A stretch of DNA of 37,454 bases from an uncultured Bacillaceae bacterium (lineage in GTDB: Bacteria > Bacillota > Bacilli > Bacillales > Anaerobacillaceae), in assembly GCA_964541705.1 (NCBI GenBank), contig CAZIRM010000003.1, positions 1-37,454 on the forward strand. Reading direction: 5' to 3'. Positions 10,704 through 19,344 of this stretch are shown here, in pieces. The notes beneath the pieces were generated by a model. The model had not been told where the DNA came from. It made no database searches and saw nothing but the letters and a program-made list of their open reading frames with translations. A program made the translations under genes and the position numbers. Position 1 is the stretch's first letter; the number at the start of each line of letters is the position of its first letter.

Positions 10704-10904
10704 AAAAAGCACCAGTCGCCCGCCTATCGGCTATGTGCTCCTACGCCCTCTTCTTGCTCATCGCAAAGCTACAAAGGATGTTAACCGACGTAGTAGCTTC
10801 ACTAGAGGGCTTTCCAGTTGCGGTCATGACTTTTACACCGCATTGCTCCTGCGATTACTCGTCGCACGAAAAACATTTGCTCCTGCGGTTACTCATCGTT
10901 GAAA
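10704..10904. repeat. GC-rich structured intergenic element with a tandem pair of the REP-like motif
   Basis: Nested IRs GCCCTCT(10745-51)/AGAGGGC(10804-10), AAGCTAC(10766-72)/GTAGCTT(10793-99), TGCGGT(10819-24)/ACCGCA(10837-42); direct repeats TTGCTCCTGCGATTACTCGTCG (from 10843) and TTGCTCCTGCGGTTACTCATCG (from 10877). Confidence 0.75.
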
Positions 10905-10915
10905 ATTTAGCTCAT

Positions 10916-10942
10916 AAAAAAAAACCACAAACAGTGGTTTTT
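10916..10942 (-). terminator. Intrinsic terminator after ymxH
   Basis: Minus strand AAAAACCAC-TGTTT-GTGGTTTTTTTTT, overlapping the stop codon. Confidence 0.7.
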
Positions 10943-11183
10943 AATCTTCTTTATTGACATCAATCATAATCATATCTGTCCCAATTTTCATGATTTGTCT
11001 CCAATGGACAATTACTTCTTTTTCTTTTTTACCTAAACCAAACCATTTTAATGATGGGATAACAAACGATTCGATTTGTCCAGTTTCTTCATCAATAACT
11101 AAATCGGTCTGCCCAAGTATACCTAACCTTTCACCTTTGTCAAAATCTACAATCTCTTTCCCACTTATCTCGCTTAGCCGCAT
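10941..11183 (-). CDS. ymxH: YlmC/YmxH family sporulation protein (PRC-barrel)
   Basis: MRLSEISGKEIVD...GERLG..., W.QI.KIG.DMI.ID; RBS GGAGG; synteny. Confidence 0.93.
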   Translation of the reverse strand: MRLSEISGKEIVDFDKGERLGILGQTDLVIDEETGQIESFVIPSLKWFGLGKKEKEVIVHWRQIMKIGTDMIMIDVNKED

Positions 11184-11294
11184 CCTTTTCCCTCCGGTTT
11201 CAATCTGTTAGTCCATTTTATGAAACCACGAAAAAAACATTCCACCTTTTTTAAACACTGGTTAAGCTTTGAAAGCGCAAGCGCTTAATTAGGA

Positions 11295-11315
11295 GCTCCC
11301 TGCGATCACTCGTCG
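11295..11315 (+). repeat. Copy of the REP-like motif
   Basis: GCTCCCTGCGATCACTCGTCG resembles the copies at 10845, 10879, 3605 and 37311. Confidence 0.65.
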
Positions 11316-11377
11316 GATGTGAAACATGAGTTAGAAATTAGTATAAATTCAGAATTATATACTTTCTTACCTTACGC

Positions 11378-11412
11378 AAAAAAGAACCAAAACGATTATT
11401 TTGGTTCTTTTG
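11378..11412 (-). terminator. Intrinsic terminator after mlpA
   Basis: AAAAGAACCAAAA / TTTTGGTTCTTTT inverted repeat with U-tract on the minus strand. Confidence 0.8.
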
Positions 11413-11418
11413 TCATGT

Positions 11419-12654
11419 TTATATTGTTTTTGGTAGCTTTCCCTCTGGACTAATAATTGCCATAGCGGTATCTTGCTTAAATAAAGTTTGACCCACAGCC
11501 AGAACATTCTCAAGTGAAACAGCATTTATTTCATCAATCATTTCATCAAGTGATCGATGGCGCTTTAGTAAAAGTTCATTTTTTCCATTACGACTCATTC
11601 GACTATTCGTACTTTCTAAACTTAACATAATGTTTCCTTTTAACTGTTCTTTTCCTTTTTGTAATTCTTTTTCAGAGATACCGTTTTCTCCAATTCCTTT
11701 AACCGTGTCCAGTATTGTATCATAAAGTTCATCTAGCTGACTCGGTGCTGTTCCACCATAGATCGTTAACATTCCGTTGTCGTGATAAGAGGAATGGTAT
11801 GAAAACACGGAATAAGCAAGACCTTTTTTCTCTCGGACTTCTTGGAACAATCGACTACTCATACTTCCACCTAACACATTATTTAATAAAACTAAACTGT
11901 AAATGTCTTTATGACCAATTGGTAATCCATCAAACCCTATACATAAATGTGCTTGTTCTGTATCCTTTTTCCTTACAAGCTTGTTTGTAAGAAATTCTGG
12001 TTTTACGAATGTCTTGTCTTTCTTGCTGGCTTTTAAAATTGAAAACGTTTCTTGGATCGTTTCAACGATTGATTCATCAACATTACCTGCAACTGATACC
12101 ACTACTTGATCAGCCGTGTAATAGTCGGTCATATATGCCCGTAACGACTGATTCGAAAAAGATTTTAATGTTTCTTGTGTTCCTAAAATCGGATACCCTA
12201 AAGAATGCTCACCGAAGCAAGCTTGACTTAACAAGTCATGAACGATATCGTCAGGGGCATCTTCATACATCTTTATTTCTTCTAGTACAACATTTTTTTC
12301 CTTTTCTAATTCTTTCGTTTCAAAAGTTGAGTGAAAAAACATATCCGATAAAACATCTATAGCAATTTTTGAATGTTCATCTAAAACTTTTGCATAATAG
12401 CAAGTGTATTCCTTTGATGTAAAAGCATTGACTTGGCCACCTATTCCATCAAAGGCTTCAGCAATTTCTTTTGCAGACCGCGTCTTTGTTCCTTTAAAGA
12501 ACATATGCTCAAGAAAATGTGAAATCCCATTCATTTGTTTAGATTCAAATCTCGATCCTGTTCCAATCCAAATACCAATTGACACTGATCTTACTGTCGG
12601 GATTTTTTCTAAAACAATTCTTACTCCGTTTGGTGTTTCAAATTTTTGTATCAA
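11419..12654 (-). CDS. mlpA: M16 family zinc peptidase (MlpA/YmxG)
   Basis: Inverted zinc motif HFLEH, NAFTSKEYTCYY, GGSMSSRLFQEVRE.KGLAY. Confidence 0.92.
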   Translation of the reverse strand: MIQKFETPNGVRIVLEKIPTVRSVSIGIWIGTGSRFESKQMNGISHFLEHMFFKGTKTRSAKEIAEAFDGIGGQVNAFTSKEYTCYYAKVLDEHSKIAIDVLSDMFFHSTFETKELEKEKNVVLEEIKMYEDAPDDIVHDLLSQACFGEHSLGYPILGTQETLKSFSNQSLRAYMTDYYTADQVVVSVAGNVDESIVETIQETFSILKASKKDKTFVKPEFLTNKLVRKKDTEQAHLCIGFDGLPIGHKDIYSLVLLNNVLGGSMSSRLFQEVREKKGLAYSVFSYHSSYHDNGMLTIYGGTAPSQLDELYDTILDTVKGIGENGISEKELQKGKEQLKGNIMLSLESTNSRMSRNGKNELLLKRHRSLDEMIDEINAVSLENVLAVGQTLFKQDTAMAIISPEGKLPKTI

Positions 12655-13658
12655 TCTATATTTCCTCCTAATTTTTCACTTTCTTGGTTGGGATTAGTCG
12701 TAAAAATTCTTTCCTCGCTAACTAGGTTTGAAACTGTGCCTAGATGGAAGCCTTTTTCCTGCAGTTGTATGATTAAGTCTTCCAGCCCTTTCGAAGCAGA
12801 TTCTGTAGGGTGCATTAAAATCATCATTCCTGGTTCTGTTTTTTCAACGACCCGTTGGACCATAGCATTCGGTTCGGGATTACGCCAATCGACCGTATCG
12901 ACCGTCCATAAAATCGTATACATGTCCATACTTGCAGCTATGTCAACAACATCTTGGCGGAAGCTACCACTTGGCGGTGCAAACCATTTAGGTTTGAGAT
13001 CTAATGTAGCGTTAATTACTTCGTTTGTCTTCCTAATCTCTTCTTCAATCCTCGCATTCGACATTTTTTTTAAATCCGGGTGCGAATAAGCATGATTTCC
13101 AATTTCGTGACCTTCATCAAGAATCATCTTAGCAAGTTTTGGGTTGCTCTTTACCCAAGATCCATCAAGAAAGAAAGTTGATTTTACATTATATTTATTC
13201 ATAACCTTTAACATTTCAGGAAGATACTCGTTTCCCCAGGCAACGTTAACAAGAAATGATACCATTGGCTTTTGTGGATTTCCTCGATAAATCGGTGCAG
13301 ACGGAAGGTCCTCAAGGTGCACATTGGGTGCGACTTCTTTATAGACAACTCTTTCTTTTAGGAAATGACCGTCATGTCTCATTTTATCGTAGGATGCTTC
13401 TACATCTACCTCAAGGCCATTATAACCAGGTATGGCTTTCCATACTTTATGAACAACAGCATCAATCGCTGGTTGTTTTGCAGCATTTGCATAATTTTCA
13501 ATCTCTATATATAGAGGATCCTTCATTGTTGTCACTGCAATGCTCTCATGCTTCATTTGCTCTATATAATTACTTGTATATGGATTTTGAATCGATCCTA
13601 TCGATATCATTAAAATTAGAAAAAACGTACCTAGCTGGAATATAAACTTTTTCATCAT
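12651..13658 (-). CDS. ylxY: Sporulation polysaccharide deacetylase family protein YlxY
   Basis: N-terminal TM, NodB domain (VNVAWG, GHEIGNHAYSHP, FAPPSG, WTVDTVDW, ILMHPT); between pnp and mlpA. Confidence 0.88.
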   Translation of the reverse strand: MMKKFIFQLGTFFLILMISIGSIQNPYTSNYIEQMKHESIAVTTMKDPLYIEIENYANAAKQPAIDAVVHKVWKAIPGYNGLEVDVEASYDKMRHDGHFLKERVVYKEVAPNVHLEDLPSAPIYRGNPQKPMVSFLVNVAWGNEYLPEMLKVMNKYNVKSTFFLDGSWVKSNPKLAKMILDEGHEIGNHAYSHPDLKKMSNARIEEEIRKTNEVINATLDLKPKWFAPPSGSFRQDVVDIAASMDMYTILWTVDTVDWRNPEPNAMVQRVVEKTEPGMMILMHPTESASKGLEDLIIQLQEKGFHLGTVSNLVSEERIFTTNPNQESEKLGGNID

Positions 13659-13680
13659 TAGCTGTCCCCCCTTGTACTAA

Positions 13681-13710
13681 AAAATATGCGCGGACAAGAC
13701 AAGGTAGAAC
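13681..13710 (-). promoter_or_regulatory. Putative sigmaE promoter of ylxY
   Basis: Minus strand GTTCTA-N16-CATATTTT, resembling sigmaE promoters. Confidence 0.45.
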
Positions 13711-13752
13711 AAGCACTTGTTAAAACAGGCATACACAGTTCTAGAGGCTAGA

Positions 13753-13779
13753 GAAAAGAGGCCGGAAATGTCCCGCCTC
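13753..13779 (-). terminator. Intrinsic terminator after pnp
   Basis: Minus strand GAGGCGGGA-CATT-TCCGGCCTC followed by TTTTC. Confidence 0.75.
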
Positions 13780-13788
13780 AATCATCAT

Positions 13789-15894
13789 TTAATCTTCTTG
13801 TTTTTGCTCTTTTAGGACTGCTTTTCTTGAAAGATTGACTCTTCCTTGGTTATCAACTTCAGTAACTTTCACTAAAATTTCATCACCAATGGATACAACG
13901 TCTTCTACTTTATTCACTCGCTCTTCTGCTAGTTGCGAGATGTGCACGAGGCCATCTTTACCTTTGAAGATCTCAACAAAAGCGCCGAACTTTTCAATTC
14001 GTTTCACTGTACCTAGGTAGGTTTGTCCAACTTCTACTTCTCGGACAATATCTTCAATAATTTGTTTTGCTTTGTTATTCATGTCCGGATCAACCGATGA
14101 GATGAAAACTGTTCCATCTTGTTCGATATCGATCTTTACGCCCGTTTCTTCAATGATTTTATTGATCACTTTACCGCTTGGGCCAATAACGTCTCTAATC
14201 TTATCAGGGTTAATCGTTAACATTAAGATTTTTGGAGCATATTGAGAAAGCTCTGATTTTGGCTCGCTAATCGCTTCTAGCATATTGTCTAGAATATGTA
14301 GACGCCCACGATGCGCTTGTTCTAAAGCTTCTTCAAGAATGGCACGGTTAATACCTGAAATCTTAATATCCATTTGAAGAGCTGTTACTCCATCTTTTGT
14401 TCCGGCTACTTTAAAGTCCATATCTCCTAGGTGATCTTCCATCCCTTGAATATCAGTTAATACTGTATAATCTTCACCATCAGAGATTAATCCCATTGCA
14501 ATCCCTGCTACAGGTGATTTGATTGGTACTCCTGCAGCCATCATTGCTAATGTACTTGCACAAATACTAGCCTGAGATGTAGAACCATTTGATTCTAGCA
14601 CTTCCGAAACAAGGCGAATTGTGTAAGGGAACGTCTTTTCAGACGGAATGATCGGCTCTAATGCTCTTTCACCTAAGGCACCATGTCCAATTTCTCTACG
14701 CCCAGGGCCACGAATCGGTCCTGTTTCCCCAACACTAAATAGTGGGAAGTTATAGTGGTGCATGAATCGCTTCGACTCTTCAATTCCTAGGCCGTCTAAA
14801 ATTTGAACATCTCCAAGTGCCCCTAACGTACAAACACTTAATGCTTGAGTCTGTCATCGAGTGAATAACCCAGAACCGTGTGTTCTTGGAAGGATATCAA
14901 TTTTTGAAGATAGCGGACGAATTTCATCCTTCGCTCTTCCATCAGGTCGGATTTTTTCTTTAGTAATTAAGCGCCTTACTTCTTCCTTCACAATTTTATG
15001 AAGGATTTCCTTTACTTCGTCAATGTTAATCTCTTCATTTTCTCCAAAGTGAGTGACTGTTCTTTCCATTACCAGATCAATCGCTTCTTGTCTTGCATGC
15101 TTTTCTTGTACTTGAACAGCTTCTCTGAGATCTTTATCAGCTAGATCTCTAACAAGCTTGTCTACTTCAGGATCAACTTGATGTAAAATGACTTCCATCT
15201 TTTCGATCGTTCCTAGTTTACTAACGATTTCCTCTTGAAATGCGACTAAACGCTTAATCTCATCATGACCAAACATAATCGCTTCAAGCATGACAGATTC
15301 AGGAACTTCATCTGCTCCAGCCTCAACCATATTGATTGCATCTTTCGTTCCTGCGACAACTAAGTGAATATCACTTTTTTCTAATTGCTCGGTTGTCGGG
15401 TTAATAATAAACTCGCCGTCCACTCGCCCAACCGTTACACCTGCAATCGGACCGTCAAAAGGAATATCAGAAATACATAATGCTAAAGACGAACCTAACA
15501 TTGCAGCCATTTCTGATGAGCAATTTTGATCTTTACTCATAACCATACTAACAACTTGAACTTCATTACGAAATCCATCAGGAAATAGTGGACGTATCGG
15601 TCTGTCAATGAGTCTGCTCGTTAAGATTGCATTTTCACTCGGACGGCCCTCACGTTTAATAAAACCTCCAGGAATTTTTCCTACCGCGTAAAGACGTTCT
15701 TCGTAGTTAACGGTTAAAGGGAAGAAATTAAGTGGTTTTGGTGTTTTAGAAGCCGTTACAGTAGCGAGCACAGCTGTTTCACCATACATCACAATTACTG
15801 CGCCATTGCCTTCTTTTGCGAATTCACCTATTTCAAAAGTAAGTTCACGACCAGCCCAGTTCATTGAAAATTTTAATTGTTTTTCATTTTCCAT
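13789..15894 (-). pseudogene. pnp: Polynucleotide phosphorylase, full-length frame (701 codons) interrupted by one in-frame TGA at 14854-14856
   Basis: The two ORF-track pieces are in the same frame; across the stop it reads [19 protein letters not shown] where PNPases have TRGQTQ; both RNase PH domains, KH and S1 are otherwise intact. Real nonsense allele vs read error cannot be told from this sequence. Confidence 0.9.
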
Positions 15895-15929
15895 TTTTTA
15901 CGAGTACTCCTCTCGTTTTTCTTATTTTA

Positions 15930-16049
15930 AGGCTCTTTTCTTAAAAGTTGCTATTTAAATATTTATACGATAGATGATTCTTTAAAAAGGCAGAAAAGCG
16001 CCACGCAACTTCGTTTAAAGAATGCTTAAACTGTTTGGGAAAATAGCCT
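15930..16049. repeat. ~120-bp MITE-like element with imperfect terminal inverted repeats
   Basis: Left end AGGCTCTTTTCTTAAAAGTT; right end reverse-complements to AGGCTATTTTCCCAAACAGTT; no ORF inside. Confidence 0.55.
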
Positions 16050-16151
16050 AGTTTAATCCTAGTTATTTTTATTATTGCCTAAATTATGTAGTTTAAAATG
16101 TTTTGTTTTGCAGTATTGAAATAAGTAAATTTTACCATTAATAATTCTAAC

Positions 16152-16178
16152 AAAAAAGCGGGAATCATCCCGCTTTTT
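16152..16178 (-). terminator. Intrinsic terminator after rpsO
   Basis: AAAAAGCGGGA-ATCA-TCCCGCTTTTT, with U-tracts on both strands. Confidence 0.88.
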
Positions 16179-16243
16179 ATCTAGACTAATACAAGCCTAG
16201 AGTGCTGTTTGCTTATGTCTACTAGACAAAAGCAAAAATTTTC

Positions 16244-16513
16244 CTATCGACGTAAACCAAGCTTGTCAACTAAATTACGGTAACGAGTAACGTCTTTATT
16301 ACGTAAGTACGTTAATAAGTTACGACGTTGTCCTACCATTTTCAATAATCCACGACGAGAATGATGATCCTTCTTGTGTGTACGTAAATGGTCGTTTAAC
16401 GTAGTGATTTGCTCAGTTAGGATAGCGATCTGAACCTCTGGAGAACCAGTGTCAGTGTCATGAGTTCTGTATGTTGCAACGATCTCATTTTTACGTTCTT
16501 GTGATAATGCCAT
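16244..16513 (-). CDS. rpsO: 30S ribosomal protein S15
   Basis: [10 protein letters not shown]...[10 protein letters not shown]...[15 protein letters not shown]; ATG at 16513 behind AGGAGGTG gives 89 aa. Confidence 0.98.
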   Translation of the reverse strand: MALSQERKNEIVATYRTHDTDTGSPEVQIAILTEQITTLNDHLRTHKKDHHSRRGLLKMVGQRRNLLTYLRNKDVTRYRNLVDKLGLRR

Positions 16514-16529
16514 CCTATTCACCTCCTTA

Positions 16530-16595
16530 ATGATAAAATCCCCTAATTCCTAGCAAGCGTTGGTGATTCGACCTTGCCAAGAAAAGGTTTTGTAC
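16530..16595 (-). promoter_or_regulatory. Probable S15 autoregulatory leader RNA
   Basis: Structured 5' UTR (TTCTTGGCAAG ... CTTGCTAGGAA stem enclosing GTCGAATCACCAACG) between promoter and RBS; Firmicutes rpsO genes carry such leaders; boundaries approximate. Confidence 0.6.
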
Positions 16596-16610
16596 AAATG
16601 TACAATTAAT

Positions 16611-16639
16611 AGAATACATTGTTTTAAGACAAAAGGCAA
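16611..16639 (-). promoter_or_regulatory. sigmaA promoter of rpsO
   Basis: Minus strand TTGCCT-N17-TATTCT. Confidence 0.6.
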
Positions 16640-16650
16640 GAAATGATCAT

Positions 16651-17589
16651 TTATTTCTCTAAAATTTGCTTTGCTTCTATACAATCTCTCTCAATTTGCT
16701 CAATTAGTTCGTTTACAGAGCCAAATTTTTTCTCACCACGAATGAAACTAACAAAATCTAACGTTATATCTTTACCGTAGATATCTTTATGAAAATTAAA
16801 TAAATGTACTTCGATCGTTGCTTCTAATAATTGTGAATGAAACGTCGGTTTATATCCAATGCTACAAACACCGTTTAGCCAATCATCATCTATTTTCATT
16901 CGAACTGTGTATACACCAGTAGTTGGCAATAAATACTTGTCTATTCGTTCAATATTAGCCGTAGGGAATCCGATCGTTCTCCCTCTTTTTTCTCCATGAA
17001 CGACTTTACCTTTAATCCTATAGTTTCTACCTAAAAACTCACGAACTTGATCCAATTGCCCGGTACTCAGCAGTTTCCTTATACTAGTAGAACTTACTTT
17101 TTGATCCGTTTTCTCTAACTTGGAAACAACGGTAGATTCAAATTGATTTCTTGAATGGAACGTAAGTGTTTCCATCGTTCCTTTCCCTAATTTACCGTAA
17201 GAATAGTCAAAACCAGCAACCACATGCACAACATTTAATTTGATAATATAATTATCTACAAATTGTTGTGGTGTTAAAGTAGCAAATTCCTTTGTAAAAT
17301 CCACAACAAATAAAGTATTAATACCTAAATCAGAAATTAGTGTTGCCTTATCCTGAAGGGGTGTTAAATATTCCATGGGCACATGAGCATGACTTAACAC
17401 TTCTTTTGGATGCGGGCTGAATGTCATTACTGCACTTTTAAGATTTTTCTCTTCGGCCACCTGTTTTGCTTGAAGGATGACTTTTTGATGGCCTAAATGA
17501 ACACCATCGAAAAAACCTAATGCCATAACAGATTGGTCCTGTTCATCTTTATTTAGTTGATGTGGATGTGATAGCCTAATTATTTTCAA
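16651..17589 (-). CDS. ribF: Bifunctional riboflavin kinase/FAD synthetase (RibF/RibC)
   Basis: ALGFFDGVHLGHQ, VSSTSIR, GRTIGFPTAN, IRGEKKF; TTG start at 17589 behind GAGGTG. Confidence 0.95.
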   Translation of the reverse strand: MKIIRLSHPHQLNKDEQDQSVMALGFFDGVHLGHQKVILQAKQVAEEKNLKSAVMTFSPHPKEVLSHAHVPMEYLTPLQDKATLISDLGINTLFVVDFTKEFATLTPQQFVDNYIIKLNVVHVVAGFDYSYGKLGKGTMETLTFHSRNQFESTVVSKLEKTDQKVSSTSIRKLLSTGQLDQVREFLGRNYRIKGKVVHGEKRGRTIGFPTANIERIDKYLLPTTGVYTVRMKIDDDWLNGVCSIGYKPTFHSQLLEATIEVHLFNFHKDIYGKDITLDFVSFIRGEKKFGSVNELIEQIERDCIEAKQILEK

Positions 17590-17614
17590 TAGTTTCCACC
17601 TCAAGTACTACATT

Positions 17615-18526
17615 TTAATCAATTTTAATAATTTTTTCTGGTTTCATCAGACCAGGTTTTGTGGGATGCTTGATATAAACCGCTAAGCAGTCGTCAAATT
17701 CATTAAAAATTGTAAACCGATCTTCTTGTATATTTATTGGCAAGGGTAAGACCGAACCATTTAATATTTTTTTTTCAATGTCTTTTGGAACTGTTATCCT
17801 CTTAAAATGTGCTAAAGCAGTTTCAATTTTTAATAGAAAACTACTAATATTACCTTCTGCTACTAATTGTTCAATTTTTTCAAATGTTAGGCAATCCTCT
17901 TTTACAAAGGGGCCTGAAGCTGTTCGGGTTAATGCAGACATATGTGCAGGATACCCTAAAGCTTGTCCGATATCAACAGCAAGTGTCCGAACGTATGTAC
18001 CTTTGCTGCAATTAACTCGAAACGAAAAAGAAAACATATCGTTTGCATAGATGGGTTCTCCAAGGATTGTTAAGTGATATACCTCAATTTTCCTTCGGGG
18101 TCTTTCCACTTGTTGTCCTGCCCGTGCATATTCATACAATTTTTTCCCGTTTACTTTAACAGCTGAATACATTGGAGGAATTTGTTCGATCTCACCAGTG
18201 AATTTGGCAATAACCTTTTCGAGCTCCTCCATACTAATTCTTACTTCTACTTTTTTTGTTTTAACAACTTCTCCTGTGAAATCTTCAGTAGTAGTTGAAA
18301 ATCCGAGCGTAACTTCACCCTCATATGTTTTAGAATAATCAGACATATATTGGGCAACTTTTGTTGCCCTCCCAATACAAATTGGAAGTACACCCGTAAC
18401 TTCAGGATCAAGAGTACCTGTATGGCCAACTTTTTTCATTTTTAAAATTTTTCGGATTTTTGCTACACAATCATGTGAAGTCATTCCTGCAGGCTTATAC
18501 AATGGTAATATCCCGTTTAAGTCCAC
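17615..18526 (-). CDS. truB: tRNA pseudouridine(55) synthase
   Basis: KPAGMTSHD, KVGHTGTLDP, QIPPMYSAVKVNGKKLYEYAR, CSKGTYVRTL. Confidence 0.97.
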   Translation of the reverse strand: MDLNGILPLYKPAGMTSHDCVAKIRKILKMKKVGHTGTLDPEVTGVLPICIGRATKVAQYMSDYSKTYEGEVTLGFSTTTEDFTGEVVKTKKVEVRISMEELEKVIAKFTGEIEQIPPMYSAVKVNGKKLYEYARAGQQVERPRRKIEVYHLTILGEPIYANDMFSFSFRVNCSKGTYVRTLAVDIGQALGYPAHMSALTRTASGPFVKEDCLTFEKIEQLVAEGNISSFLLKIETALAHFKRITVPKDIEKKILNGSVLPLPINIQEDRFTIFNEFDDCLAVYIKHPTKPGLMKPEKIIKID

Positions 18527-18610
18527 GTAAGATCACTACTTTCCTTATTTATCTATATCGCACAAAAGAATATGTACCTTGTTCATGAACGTCACAATAA
18601 AAATCAGTAC

Positions 18611-18637
18611 AAAAGGGATAGTTAATGAACTATCCCT
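18611..18637 (-). terminator. Intrinsic terminator after rbfA
   Basis: Minus strand AGGGATAGTT-CATT-AACTATCCCT followed by TTT. Confidence 0.8.
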
Positions 18638-18644
18638 GATAAAA

Positions 18645-18998
18645 TCAAGAGCGATTTTGATTATTTAACTCACCTAACAAAGACTCGATTTTGTTTCCGT
18701 ACTCGATTGATTCATCGAATTTAAAAAATAGATCTGGGGTTTTTCTTAATCTAATTCTCTTTCCAATTTCAGATCGAATAAAACCAGTTGCTTTCGACAA
18801 CCCTTTCAACGTTGATTCCTTTTGGTCGTCATTTCCTAAAACAGTAATGAAGATCGTGGCTTGTTGTAAATCACCTGTTACTTCTACTCCAGTTACGGTA
18901 ACAAAACCAATTCTAGGGTCTTTTAATTCGCGTTGCAAAATGTCTGTCATTTCTTTCTTTATTTGTTCTGCAACACGATTTGAACGAATACCACTCAT
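18645..18998 (-). CDS. rbfA: Ribosome-binding factor A
   Basis: [11 protein letters not shown]...[22 protein letters not shown]...IRLRKTP; second of two tandem ATGs fits RBS spacing. Confidence 0.97.
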   Translation of the reverse strand: MSGIRSNRVAEQIKKEMTDILQRELKDPRIGFVTVTGVEVTGDLQQATIFITVLGNDDQKESTLKGLSKATGFIRSEIGKRIRLRKTPDLFFKFDESIEYGNKIESLLGELNNQNRS

Positions 18999-19065
18999 CA
19001 TATCACCTCGTTTGACTCAAATACTTGTAGTAGGACCATTGCTACTACCATAAATACTAACCATG

Positions 19066-19344
19066 TTAAAACCACTCAACACTTGTAATTGTCCGTTCAA
19101 TCTCTGGTAATCCGTCAATCAGTGCCAGTGCTCTGTTTAATTCCTTTTCAGAAATCGTTCGATCATTCGATACCGTTACAATTGAGATTTCTGTTCGTTG
19201 CCATAGGTCATTAAAACCAGTTTCTGCAACTGCCACATTTAAACGTTGTTTTAATCTTGTGATGATACTCTTTACAACAGACCGTTTTTGCTTTAAAGAT
19301 TGAACATCATAGATTATACATTCACATGTGACAACTCCAATCAT
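19066..19344 (-). CDS. ylxP: DUF503 family protein YlxP
   Basis: 92 aa, [11 protein letters not shown]..., NVAVAE...DLWQR; between infB and rbfA. Confidence 0.9.
   Translation of the reverse strand: MIGVVTCECIIYDVQSLKQKRSVVKSIITRLKQRLNVAVAETGFNDLWQRTEISIVTVSNDRTISEKELNRALALIDGLPEIERTITSVEWF

Noticed and set aside
10843-10900. Two direct repeats as a mini CRISPR array
   Set aside because: Only two ~22-24-nt units, a ~10-nt linker that recurs at 3591-3604 rather than being unique, and no cas genes or leader
10664-10957. Plus-strand ORFs of 97 aa and 74 aa
   Set aside because: They run across the repeat element, have no clear RBS and no recognisable protein features
14854-14856. TGA recoded as Gly (genetic code 25) or selenocysteine
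   Set aside because: TGA is a normal stop in infB, rbfA, dpaA and tepA here; the position is a conserved Gly, not Cys
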